NCBI GenBank assembly: GCA_003345545.1
Contig: PRDH01000026.1
Coordinates: forward strand, 86,944-150,943
DNA length: 64,000 nucleotides
Source: Candidatus Thorarchaeota archaeon
GTDB taxonomy: Archaea; Asgardarchaeota; Thorarchaeia; Thorarchaeales; Thorarchaeaceae
Direction of reading: 5' to 3'
Made by a program: the position numbers and the translations under genes. Each line of letters starts with the position of its first letter. The first letter of the stretch is position 1. Under the pieces are notes generated by a model. That model saw nothing but the letters and a program-made list of their open reading frames with translations, was not told the DNA's origin and did no database searches. Shown in pieces: positions 1-8,836 of this stretch.

Positions 1-482
1 GTCATTGGTTTGTTCATACGTTTTGCAAGATTCTGAGCGCTTCTGTTGAAACTATTGATGATACATCTTGAGTTGATACCTTCAACAAGGTCCACGTGCT
101 TGGCTATCAAATGCTCAGGAAGTCCCCGTCTTACGGCAGCGTTTTTTCGTAGTATGTCGGTGGGGTGCGGAAGAATGACGAGGCCGTTCATGTCGTGAAT
201 GTCTTCTGAAATCTCAGCAAAAGTTCTATTTTCAATATGCCCTGAGATGAATAGACCGATCACTTCGCCAAAGTCTTTAGACTTGTATTCACATCCGGGA
301 AGGATGAATCTTCCATCTCGGTGAATGACTCTCAGATTCGCAGCTCGAACGTGTTCGGTCGGTGCTACTCCTCTCAGACCTTTCTTCTTCATCGTTTTCA
401 AGAGCGAGTGTGGAGTCTGAAGACCATCCTTTGAATGAAATGTGTGCATATGGAAATCGAAAGCCGACAGCCGCTCGCTCAT
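1..482 (-). CDS. PHP-domain metal-dependent phosphoesterase (3' end outside window)
   Basis: Not in the ORF track; translated manually from ATG 482: MSERLSAFDFHMHTFHSKDG...GVAPTEH...PGCE...LPHP...VEGINSR. HxH, TxH, GxE, HP and E..NSR are PHP motifs. Starts 9 nt after the ubiA-like stop. Confidence 0.85.
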   Translation of the reverse strand, partial: MSERLSAFDFHMHTFHSKDGLQTPHSLLKTMKKKGLRGVAPTEHVRAANLRVIHRDGRFILPGCEYKSKDFGEVIGLFISGHIENRTFAEISEDIHDMNGLVILPHPTDILRKNAAVRRGLPEHLIAKHVDLVEGINSRCIINSFNRSAQNLAKRMNKPM

Positions 483-491
483 CTTTGACAC

Positions 492-1484
492 CTAGGGGGT
501 GAAGGGAAATGGAAAGAGTGGTGGAAATAGATTCTCAAGGAAATCTAGGACAACTTTGAATACTGCTTCTAGGCCATCCATCACAATCCCCCAGAAGAAT
601 AGCGTCCAGACCAACGTCACCAAGAGTAAGACACCACCAATCAGGATTCCTTTGTCCTTGACAGCCAGATGAGGCTTTCTTCCGATAGGACTACCTATGT
701 GTATTAGATAGACGTATCGCAGTATGATTCCTGCCATTATGGGAACTGTGAACATTATGTACTGCTGCTCTATCGCTGCTCTGGAGATATCGTAGCAATA
801 CAGTGTGTAGAATATGACAAACCATGTTGCTGACATGGAAATCGCGTGGTCCAGGATTGTATGTGTGTACATCTTAAAGACGGATTTGTGAGCAGCCGCA
901 TTCGCACCCAAGTACTGCAGCTCATTTTTTCTCTTGCCAAATCCCAGAATCAATGCAAAGAAGAATACACCAATGACCAGCCACGAGGTAGCATCGATGC
1001 GTATCAGAACTGCTCCTGAAACCGCTCTAATGACAAAGCCAACTGCGATAGTGACTACGTCAATGACTGCTCGTTTCCTAAGATAACTATTGTACAGCTG
1101 GGATGTCACTATGTAGAGGATCACGGTGAGGAAGAACTTCCAATAGAGAATGAAGGATAGGAATAGTCCAGAAACAAGGAGAATAATGGCAAAGTAGAAA
1201 GCGCTTTCCTTTGTCACAGCCCCTGAGGGCAGAGGCCTGTTTCTTTTCTCAGGATGAACAGAGTCGGCCTCGAAATCACGGATATCATTGATGATGTATG
1301 TGGCGCTTGTTACTGCACACAAAGCTGCGAATCCGAAAAACAGCGGTATGTATTGTATCCAGTAGGCAGGCTGAAAGACTTCCTCGAGTTGCTTGACTGG
1401 ATAGAAAAGGATGGGTAAGAAGACAAGCAAGTTCTTGTACCATTGGGCAGGTCTCATGAGTCGAATGTAGCCACTAAGAACCAT
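492..1484 (-). CDS. UbiA-family prenyltransferase (decaprenyl-phosphate phosphoribosyltransferase-like)
   Basis: RPAQWYKNLLVF, YIINDIRDFEADSVHPEKRNRPLPSG and GFGKRKNEL motifs; multiple TM helices. Confidence 0.85.
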   Translation of the reverse strand: MVLSGYIRLMRPAQWYKNLLVFLPILFYPVKQLEEVFQPAYWIQYIPLFFGFAALCAVTSATYIINDIRDFEADSVHPEKRNRPLPSGAVTKESAFYFAIILLVSGLFLSFILYWKFFLTVILYIVTSQLYNSYLRKRAVIDVVTIAVGFVIRAVSGAVLIRIDATSWLVIGVFFFALILGFGKRKNELQYLGANAAAHKSVFKMYTHTILDHAISMSATWFVIFYTLYCYDISRAAIEQQYIMFTVPIMAGIILRYVYLIHIGSPIGRKPHLAVKDKGILIGGVLLLVTLVWTLFFWGIVMDGLEAVFKVVLDFLENLFPPLFPFPFTP

Positions 1485-1499
1485 TACCTAATCCTCCAA

Positions 1500-2579
1500 T
1501 TATTCAGAGTATGAACTCCATAATGCGCCCCATTCAGTCTCTTCAAGGAACCACTTCACCCATCTCCTTCCTTTGAGAGGAAGCCAGATACCATCATGGT
1601 AGAAACCGGATAGCTGCGTCGGAAGCCACATAAGTGGAGACCTGAACAAGAATGTTTCCATTCCGGGAAACTTCAGGAAACCGCGATTCCAGGCAATCAC
1701 TGGACTCTTCTTGGGACAGAGGTGAAAGTTGGGGAGGTCTTCCCATGATTCATAGTCACCGACTATCTCGATTTTCTCAGGATCAGACTCTCCGAGCCCT
1801 ACCTCTTTCGCAAGCTGAAGCTTCCGCACGAGTGTTTGGTCAATCCCCATGAGACGCGTCTGAACAGTGTCTGCGGCCACCATATCGCTCGTGGCAATCA
1901 AAACGTTTCCAATCTTCGGGATCATTGTACGGGGGCCGGCTCCATCACCCATGACAGTACCGTCAGTAAGGACAAATTCAGAGTGTGAGATGGTCCGTTG
2001 CAGAAGAAGCAAGTCAACTAATACCTCATGTATCTTCAAATGTGCTAGGTGCCTATTCTTCGTGAGGTAGAGACCGAAGCTGTCCTTCATTGCTCCTGTC
2101 ATCTGTGTGTGTCCATGAGTCTTGATTGTGGGGAGATGGATGATGTTTGTTCCGAAAATCTCCTTGGGTGCAATAATCTCGCCGAATATCTTTTCGAGCA
2201 CTAGCGTCTTCTTGGGGAGCTTCACATCGACATAGTGCGCCTTGATGAGGGGAAGGAACTTGATACGATGCTTCTTGATGACTGGATACCAGTTGTTATT
2301 CCTCGTGCCTGTATAGATATTGGTTACAACGGTCTCGTTTTCGACTGCTTGAATTGTTCTTCGATCGAAACCATCACTGATGAGCTTCCTAAGCATTCCA
2401 TCGAAAATGTAGGGATTCGTGCTGCATGCTGGATAGAGTTTGCTCCATGAGAGATTCAGTTTGATTGTTGTTGCAACATCTTTCGATACGAATTTGCTGT
2501 AATCAGCATCATTCATTGCTCTAGCTATATCCTCATTGATTGTCTTTGGGGATGTGTTGACCACGGCTACCTTCGGCAT
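1500..2579 (-). CDS. DUF362-family (Fe-S associated) protein
   Basis: IKLNL, STNP, LPTIKTHGHTQMTGAMKD, DGAGP and SDMVAAD motifs. Confidence 0.8.
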   Translation of the reverse strand: MPKVAVVNTSPKTINEDIARAMNDADYSKFVSKDVATTIKLNLSWSKLYPACSTNPYIFDGMLRKLISDGFDRRTIQAVENETVVTNIYTGTRNNNWYPVIKKHRIKFLPLIKAHYVDVKLPKKTLVLEKIFGEIIAPKEIFGTNIIHLPTIKTHGHTQMTGAMKDSFGLYLTKNRHLAHLKIHEVLVDLLLLQRTISHSEFVLTDGTVMGDGAGPRTMIPKIGNVLIATSDMVAADTVQTRLMGIDQTLVRKLQLAKEVGLGESDPEKIEIVGDYESWEDLPNFHLCPKKSPVIAWNRGFLKFPGMETFLFRSPLMWLPTQLSGFYHDGIWLPLKGRRWVKWFLEETEWGALWSSYSE

Positions 2580-2679
2580 CGTTCCTTCAACTCAGCATGA
2601 GCATCGCTCTGCGCATCAAAATGCCCTCTTCACTCTCATCTTAATAAGTTGCCTCAATGGTTATTCTTGTACCAATGCA

Positions 2680-3135
2680 TTATTGGGGCGTTTCAGCGGA
2701 TTCACTTGCCCAGAGAGATTCGATTCCAGAATATACCTCTCGTACCTGTGGATTCTTCAAATACCAGAGCAGTATGATGTTGAGAGCGAGTATGAGCGGA
2801 CTCAGGGTGAGTACATGGACGATTACAGATGCGATGCCGACAGCCATAGCCACTCTCCATGCCCAAGGCTCCAGTCGCCAGAAACCCCAGCCTGCAATAA
2901 GTGATAAGACTGCGAGAGCGCCGATGATTACTCCGTGGGCAACGTACATAATCAGAAGACCAAGTGGACCCGGATAGAGATCCATCGAGAGATGCACGGC
3001 TGTCAGTATGATTCCAAAAACCCCTGACATGATTTCAAGAACAAAAATGATGATTAGCTTGGTCTCCGTTTGATTTGCGGCTTCGGAAAATGCGTCCAGA
3101 TTATCAAAGGAATCCTGTGAATCTGCCAAGACCAA
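2680..3135 (-). CDS. 4-TM membrane protein (archaeal DUF7144/DUF2127-like)
   Basis: Hydrophobic helices, GFWRLEPWAW and YLKNPQVRE; similar pattern to 32569..33003. Confidence 0.6.
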   Translation of the reverse strand: MVLADSQDSFDNLDAFSEAANQTETKLIIIFVLEIMSGVFGIILTAVHLSMDLYPGPLGLLIMYVAHGVIIGALAVLSLIAGWGFWRLEPWAWRVAMAVGIASVIVHVLTLSPLILALNIILLWYLKNPQVREVYSGIESLWASESAETPQ

Positions 3136-3186
3136 TCCCTCATCTGAACTATTGAGTCTGCAATCTATTATGTTCTTCGATAGGCG

Positions 3187-4032
3187 TTATCGGAGAGAGA
3201 GCGTTTCGAGTCTGTTATCGTGCCCAAGTCGGATGGCCTTAGGCTGCACCTGCCCGCCATATGATGCACTGAAGACACTGACAAGCCTATCTTGGAAGAA
3301 TGTGACATACCCCTCAGGGAAGACTTCATGCGCACGAAACATGAGGTGTGCATCAATGTTCTTCATGAAAGTATCAAAGGCCTCCTGTCCATAATACCTT
3401 GCCCGGTCGCCTCTAATATTGGCTTTGAATCTGAATGGGCCCTCTTGTGGATCATTCCACACTAGTTGAAATACAATATCATCGGGGAAATTGGGGTCTC
3501 TTCTGTTGCATGACTGAATGTCTTCGATTGAGGTCACTCCCTCAGGAATCCCACCATGACATGCGAATATCGCATTCTTGTGATAGGCTGCAATAGGAAG
3601 AACTACAAAGACTCTCGCGTAGGAGTTGAATATGTCCAGCGGATATGAGCTCGTCACAGCATTGTAGAAACCATAGCGAGCAACAATCTCTTCAGATTCA
3701 TGATTTCCCCTGAGCATCATCACTCTTCCTGGATGGGCGAGTGCCAGTGCCATGACCAAGCTAAAAGTCTCTATCTGTTCTGGTCCACGATCTACATAGT
3801 CACCCAGAAAGACGAAGTGGTGATTATCATACTTCTGAATCAAGCGTTGTACGGACAATGCGCTTGCAAGTTCACCGTGAAGGTCTCCGATGAAAACCAC
3901 ATTCTCAGAGGGGATGTTTACAACGTTTGGCTTCTCTCTAAGAAGATCCTGAGTCAATCCTGTAAGATGCCGTATCTCATCTTCTTCGAGATCTGTTCTG
4001 CCGTCAAGAATAGACTGAACAAGCCTGTCCAT
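3187..4032 (-). CDS. PPP-family Ser/Thr protein phosphatase (PP1/PP2A-like)
   Basis: GDLHG, GDYVDRG, RGNHE, CHGG, WNDP, RAHE and VFSA motifs; ATG 4032 preceded by AGGTG. Confidence 0.92.
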   Translation of the reverse strand: MDRLVQSILDGRTDLEEDEIRHLTGLTQDLLREKPNVVNIPSENVVFIGDLHGELASALSVQRLIQKYDNHHFVFLGDYVDRGPEQIETFSLVMALALAHPGRVMMLRGNHESEEIVARYGFYNAVTSSYPLDIFNSYARVFVVLPIAAYHKNAIFACHGGIPEGVTSIEDIQSCNRRDPNFPDDIVFQLVWNDPQEGPFRFKANIRGDRARYYGQEAFDTFMKNIDAHLMFRAHEVFPEGYVTFFQDRLVSVFSASYGGQVQPKAIRLGHDNRLETLSLR

Positions 4033-4043
4033 TGTATACACAC

Positions 4044-4547
4044 CTATTGCCAATCAAGAACGTCGAAGACCAGCTGAACTGCCTCTTTGGGCGTCTTGGC
4101 TGAGTACACCTTATCAGTTCTCCGTCCGTCTAGCTGTGTCCCAGCAAGTTTCGCAGCCCAACCTCCGGAACTGGTCACTGAAACAATGGGCCGGTCCGAG
4201 AACCAAGCGATAGCAATTTCGCTTAGGGTTCCAGCTGAGCCATCCATCGCAATGACTGCATCTCCTGCTTTTGCTACAAGAAAATTCCTGGCGTAGCCAA
4301 GACCAGTAGGGATTACGATATCGACAAACTCATTGGCGTGTTCTTTCGAGTCAGTGGGAAGGATGCCAATCGTCAAACCATTGTTCCTCTTTGCACCTCT
4401 GCAAGCAGCTTCCATGACCCCTCCCAAGCCCCCGCAAATCAAAGCCACATTTCTCTTCGCTATCTCTTCGCCAACTTGCTCCGCGAGCATCAGTACCTTC
4501 TGGTCCGAGTCAGAGCCACCAATGACTGAGATAGTCCTGAAGTGCAT
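4044..4547 (-). CDS. LOG-family protein (TIGR00725, Rossmann nucleotide-binding)
   Basis: ICGGLGGVMEAA, GILP, ARN and GSAGTLSEI motifs; start placed at ATG 4547. Confidence 0.88.
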   Translation of the reverse strand: MHFRTISVIGGSDSDQKVLMLAEQVGEEIAKRNVALICGGLGGVMEAACRGAKRNNGLTIGILPTDSKEHANEFVDIVIPTGLGYARNFLVAKAGDAVIAMDGSAGTLSEIAIAWFSDRPIVSVTSSGGWAAKLAGTQLDGRRTDKVYSAKTPKEAVQLVFDVLDWQ

Positions 4548-4766
4548 TACGAATTCTCCTGTTGGTTCTTCCTTGACTTCTCTACGGAGAGTGGCCTTCT
4601 TTTGAGCGTATTGTATGTCCAGCTTGACAGTCTTCGATCGTTTACTCGACCCTCTGCTGACTGCAGCAGTGACTTTGGCAACCATCATGAGAGGGACCGA
4701 AAAACAGTAAGTAGTAGCCACAGAACAAGATTCATCTTCTGTATCTCAATGCGAACACTGGTTGAA

Positions 4767-5144
4767 ATGGTAAGACTATTCAGAACTGCAGATGCAGAAG
4801 AGCTGGCAAGAGCAGGATATAGTGCAAGATATCTCGCTAACGTGAAGTTTCGTAAGAGCATCAAGGATGGCGGATTCATTTGGGTGACTATACCTGCAGG
4901 CACCGTCACAGCACCTCACGCCCATGCGAAGCTCGAGGAGGCTTTTGTGGCATTGACTACCCTAAACATCCACATAGATGACAGAGAGCTGCAGCTCGAG
5001 CGAGGTGACGTAGTACTCGTTGAACCAGGAGAAAAGCACTCCTTCTCTGCATCGAAGAATTCTGAAAGCAGCGTCCTAGCGATCAAGTTTCCGAACCTGA
5101 AGAATGATAAGATCGAATTCCATTCATCGGAGTCAGCTCAGTAG
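4767..5144 (+). CDS. Cupin-domain protein
   Basis: PAGTVTAPHAHAKLEE and GDVVLVEPGEKHSF cupin motifs; start placed at ATG 4767. Confidence 0.82.
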   Translation: MVRLFRTADAEELARAGYSARYLANVKFRKSIKDGGFIWVTIPAGTVTAPHAHAKLEEAFVALTTLNIHIDDRELQLERGDVVLVEPGEKHSFSASKNSESSVLAIKFPNLKNDKIEFHSSESAQ

Positions 5145-5578
5145 TCCTCAAAGTCGTAGTCATCCTCATCTTCATCCTCCTCCTCATCATCGAAGAGGAT
5201 GTCAACGGGACTTCTGTACTGCGTCATCAAGCTCGCCCTTGGAATAGCCCTTCTAACGACACTATCAAAATCCTTCCATTCATTGTACCGCCTTCTCCTA
5301 CCAATCACACCTGCTATTGTAACAACAGCAAAGGAAATGATGCCAGTCAGAAAGAGCTCTGGGCGAGTCTGGAACATTCCTGAGCCTGCGCTCAAAGCAA
5401 TCACCAAGATTCCACCAAGGATTAGGGGATTCAGATAGCAGTCACACGTGAGATTGAGCTGTGGAGGACCGATTCTAAAATCATCTGGATCTGCTCCTGG
5501 TGCAAGATTCAGGTAGTAATTGAATACGCTCAGGAACGATACTGCAACCACTATCAAGACCAGTGCCAGTATTTCCAA
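5138..5578 (-). CDS. Hypothetical 3-TM membrane protein with very acidic C-terminal tail
   Basis: Three hydrophobic segments; ends FDDEEEDEDEDDYDFEDY; 19 nt downstream of the PIN gene. Confidence 0.7.
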   Translation of the reverse strand: MEILALVLIVVAVSFLSVFNYYLNLAPGADPDDFRIGPPQLNLTCDCYLNPLILGGILVIALSAGSGMFQTRPELFLTGIISFAVVTIAGVIGRRRRYNEWKDFDSVVRRAIPRASLMTQYRSPVDILFDDEEEDEDEDDYDFEDY

Positions 5579-5597
5579 ATCGCTTCCCTTCTCTTAT

Positions 5598-7415
5598 TCA
5601 TGCCTCAGTTTCGGGGACTGCCACCTTGATGCAGGAGAAACCATATTCACCTTCGTACGATATTTCTGCTTGTTCACTTGGTTCAATCATCAATACTATA
5701 GAGTAGCTCTTGACCACATCAGGTTTTGCATTCGAGACATCGAATTTGCCTCTTGTGAGAGCTACCTTATGTCCTGTCTTCAAAGATCGGAGCTCAGGAT
5801 GGTGTTTGGTCATAATGGCCACTCTAGCCTGCAATCTCTCGTTTCGCACTACCAGGGCTTCCTCTCCATTAATTCTTTCTACAGTTAGGACATCCATCCA
5901 GCCCTTCAGTTCATCGCGAATGGACTTGAATGCCACCGGCCCTCCCGTCGCCAAATTGTCAATAGGCGGGAACTCGCCCTGAACTTCGTTGAGAATGGGA
6001 GTGACCATATTCGTATTCCATCCCTTCTTTACAAAGGCCTTCAGCGCGTGCTCTGATATTTTCTCTAGCGCGGGCTTGAATCGGTCGTGAGATGAAGATG
6101 ATACCTTGTAGAGCATCCGGAATGAATTGACTGCGCCCTCCTCCCTGTTGTATGCTACACCAATCTTGTAGGCAGCAACTGCTAGCTGCCACGCATTATC
6201 ATGGTCTTCAAAGAGAAGACTGTATTTCGCTATGTCGTTGAGCATTGCCATTGTTACATCAGGAAATTGCAGCTTTGTCTTTGTGAGGCTGAAACCGCCC
6301 ATGATCTCTGACCGTAGGACTTGCATTGTTATGTAGAAACCCTCTGTGGTTTCCATCATGCTATCAAGAGACAGTCTGTTTATCATCGAATCGTAGAGGC
6401 TGTAGAAGTAGTCAATTTCATCATAATCCTCCCGAATGAGGGATAGGAGGATTCTCACGAAGAAAACTGATGCCTTGAGTTCGTTGTTCTGTACTTCTGC
6501 GAACATGAGTAGACGAAAGGCTTCCTCGCTGACAGCTAGTGCGTCCTCTATTCCTTCACGTGTACCTCTGTACATGTGACAGATTATCTCGAGATAATAA
6601 AGAAAGAGCGTGAGGTCAGCAGCATGACGAACAAGCTTGCCATGAGTTTCTGATTCCTCAGTCAGCGTTGAAACGATTAGTAAACGTTCGATTTCGTTTT
6701 GAACTGCTTCTATCTCAAGCGCCAGAGGATCATACTTACCCTCGCGGAAATCGTCAAACATGTTCGGAATGCCTGCTTTGATATCTTCAAGGAAGTCTAG
6801 CACGAACAATGGCTGGCCTTTCGCCAATTGCTTGTCCAGCCCCTCTGCGGGTCTCTTTACAGCCCTGAGCACACGAAGAGCATGATCCTCAATAACACGA
6901 ATTCTTGTCACAGGATCGTATGACTCCTGCCTTGAAATGCTATACCTGACTTCCTCAGAGTAGATTCTGTCGCGAATTGGCGAGAGAGCTTTCTTCATCT
7001 CATCGTCATCTGCAAGCTCCATTAGCTCGAGGACGAACGCAGAACCAACAATCCCCTCTACTTCTACCTTGAGATCTTGAATAGTATTAAGCAGCTTCAT
7101 GTCGCTTGTTACAATCCTAGATTTCTTCGAGCGCATCGCAGCAAGGATCAGAGATATGTCATTGGGTTGGGGAAGCGAGCTTTCGGGACGCTTTATGCTC
7201 TCTGTTAAAGCCTTGATGTCTTTGGATAGTGTTTCATCGATTTGGATTATCGTTTCCACTTCTCGTCTCAAGTACCAACGCAGCTCCTGGAATACCTGCC
7301 TCGTAATCCACAACTCGATGCCGACTTTGTCTGCTGCTTTCTTGATTATTGCCACATCTTTGGGTCGGTCCGCGAAGCCACTGATAAAGAAGTTCGCATC
7401 AAGGTACACTCGCAT
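5598..7415 (-). CDS. PIN-domain protein with long helical region and beta-rich (OB-like) C-terminus
   Basis: VYLDAN (D6), VFQEL (E44), PNDISL (D86) and IVTSD (D105) form the PIN catalytic acidic set; 605-aa ORF. Confidence 0.75.
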   Translation of the reverse strand: MRVYLDANFFISGFADRPKDVAIIKKAADKVGIELWITRQVFQELRWYLRREVETIIQIDETLSKDIKALTESIKRPESSLPQPNDISLILAAMRSKKSRIVTSDMKLLNTIQDLKVEVEGIVGSAFVLELMELADDDEMKKALSPIRDRIYSEEVRYSISRQESYDPVTRIRVIEDHALRVLRAVKRPAEGLDKQLAKGQPLFVLDFLEDIKAGIPNMFDDFREGKYDPLALEIEAVQNEIERLLIVSTLTEESETHGKLVRHAADLTLFLYYLEIICHMYRGTREGIEDALAVSEEAFRLLMFAEVQNNELKASVFFVRILLSLIREDYDEIDYFYSLYDSMINRLSLDSMMETTEGFYITMQVLRSEIMGGFSLTKTKLQFPDVTMAMLNDIAKYSLLFEDHDNAWQLAVAAYKIGVAYNREEGAVNSFRMLYKVSSSSHDRFKPALEKISEHALKAFVKKGWNTNMVTPILNEVQGEFPPIDNLATGGPVAFKSIRDELKGWMDVLTVERINGEEALVVRNERLQARVAIMTKHHPELRSLKTGHKVALTRGKFDVSNAKPDVVKSYSIVLMIEPSEQAEISYEGEYGFSCIKVAVPETEA

Positions 7416-7854
7416 TCATTCATATCTCCATCTACTAGTACTGCATGACCAAGGTCTTGGAACCACAGTCTCGTTGCTCAAGCTTCTGTTTCACAGAACA
7501 GGTTCTCATAAAGGTCTTATGTTAAGCTCTTCGGCAAAACGGATGATATCAGCTAATGGAAAAAGGTTCCGATTTGCACCATTCATGGTTGTCAACTTGA
7601 GCTATGGTGATGCCTCCTTAGTGCAGGTCATCCTGTCTGCGGCAAGCGCAGTGCTCACATGTACTTCAAACGATACAAGTCTAATCTTCCTGTTCATCCC
7701 AACATCGTTCTTAAGTAATATCACATCATATGATATCATATCCCTGCAGGCAACTGCGTCGATCGACGACTACGTGGCTGCTTGAGCTATCCTACGGAAC
7801 CAACGCAAACCGTAAGGGTTAACTGCAATTGCTCCCAAATCATAATCGAACCAA

Positions 7855-8007
7855 GGGCATAGCAAATTCGGTGTGAGCCGTCGTCACTACGGCGTGCGGT
7901 GGCGACTTGCAACGACCTCAGAATAGGCCTGTTGGAATGCGGCGTACAAAATCATTAGGTGGTGGCGCGGCAATACGACGCGTTGCTTGCATGACGCTAT
8001 GCCCACC
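7855..8007 (+). ncRNA. Candidate structured RNA in a 740-bp intergenic gap
   Basis: Perfect 9-bp terminal stem GGGCATAGC/GCTATGCCC with nested stems. G-U pairs favour the + strand. Followed by a pyrimidine tract. Confidence 0.4.
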
Positions 8008-8159
8008 TTCTTATTCTGTCCTTGATTTTCGTTATTACGACAGCGCCCTAAACCAAGGACCGTTGTTGAGTTTCTTCTTGGCTGAAGCATAGATCCATTG
8101 CAGGAATCAGACTCTCGCATAATGCGCTAACAAGCGAGCTAATTAAGAGAGAATTGAAG

Positions 8160-8735
8160 ATGAGCACGATCATGATGGCTCAATACCGAAGAAATTCCTA
8201 TGCCCTTACATTTCTTGTGCTGGCTGTTCTGTTCTCGAGTCTTGTCCTATCTGTCAGCACGACGGGAGTAGTGTCAGTTGCCCAGACACAGGGACAGGGC
8301 GCTACACGCCTAGCGGATGTGAGTCCTTCTATCTACAACTGGGGCATTACCGGAAGACCAAACATGAGTGAGCCATTCACAGTATGGGCAAACGTCACTG
8401 ACGATGATCTCGACCTGGCCAATGTGAGCGTCTATGTTAACGGGCCGAATACAACCATCCATGAGCTAATGTCGTACAATGGGTCTCTTTATGTTGAGGA
8501 CCTCGATGCTTTGCTAGATGCTGGTACATATGACATCTACGTTACTGCCACAGATCTAGCAAACAATACGCGCGTGAGTCGCCATGAATACATCGAACTT
8601 CAAATGGAAACGACGACTGTGGTTGACCCTAATATCACAATGCCATATGTCGTCGCATCAAGTCTATGTATTGGATTGGTTGCTTGCATCGTCGCATACT
8701 TGTATCGACAACGCCAGTTAGCTGGTTCAACATGA
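8160..8735 (+). CDS. Membrane-anchored extracellular Ig-like protein
   Basis: N-terminal signal/TM, FTVWANVTD...YDIYVTATDLANN beta-sandwich, many N-x-S/T sequons, C-terminal TM plus basic tail. Confidence 0.7.
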   Translation: MSTIMMAQYRRNSYALTFLVLAVLFSSLVLSVSTTGVVSVAQTQGQGATRLADVSPSIYNWGITGRPNMSEPFTVWANVTDDDLDLANVSVYVNGPNTTIHELMSYNGSLYVEDLDALLDAGTYDIYVTATDLANNTRVSRHEYIELQMETTTVVDPNITMPYVVASSLCIGLVACIVAYLYRQRQLAGST

Positions 8736-8836
8736 AACAACCGGAATTGTGGCGAGAAGCGAAGAAATATCATAAATGATACATCCATCCGGTTTATAAG
8801 ACTTCATCAGTTGGGACACAAGAGGTCGCTGTTGTC

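Noticed and set aside
7099-7785. 228-aa + strand ORF
   Set aside because: Largely antisense to the PIN gene, with no motifs or RBS; a shadow ORF.
7855-8007. Canonical tRNA, tRNA-Sec, SRP RNA or RNase P RNA
   Set aside because: No TTCRA T-loop, no recognisable D-loop/anticodon arm, no SRP helix-8 motif and no GAGGAAAGTCC motif. Kept only as an unknown structured RNA.
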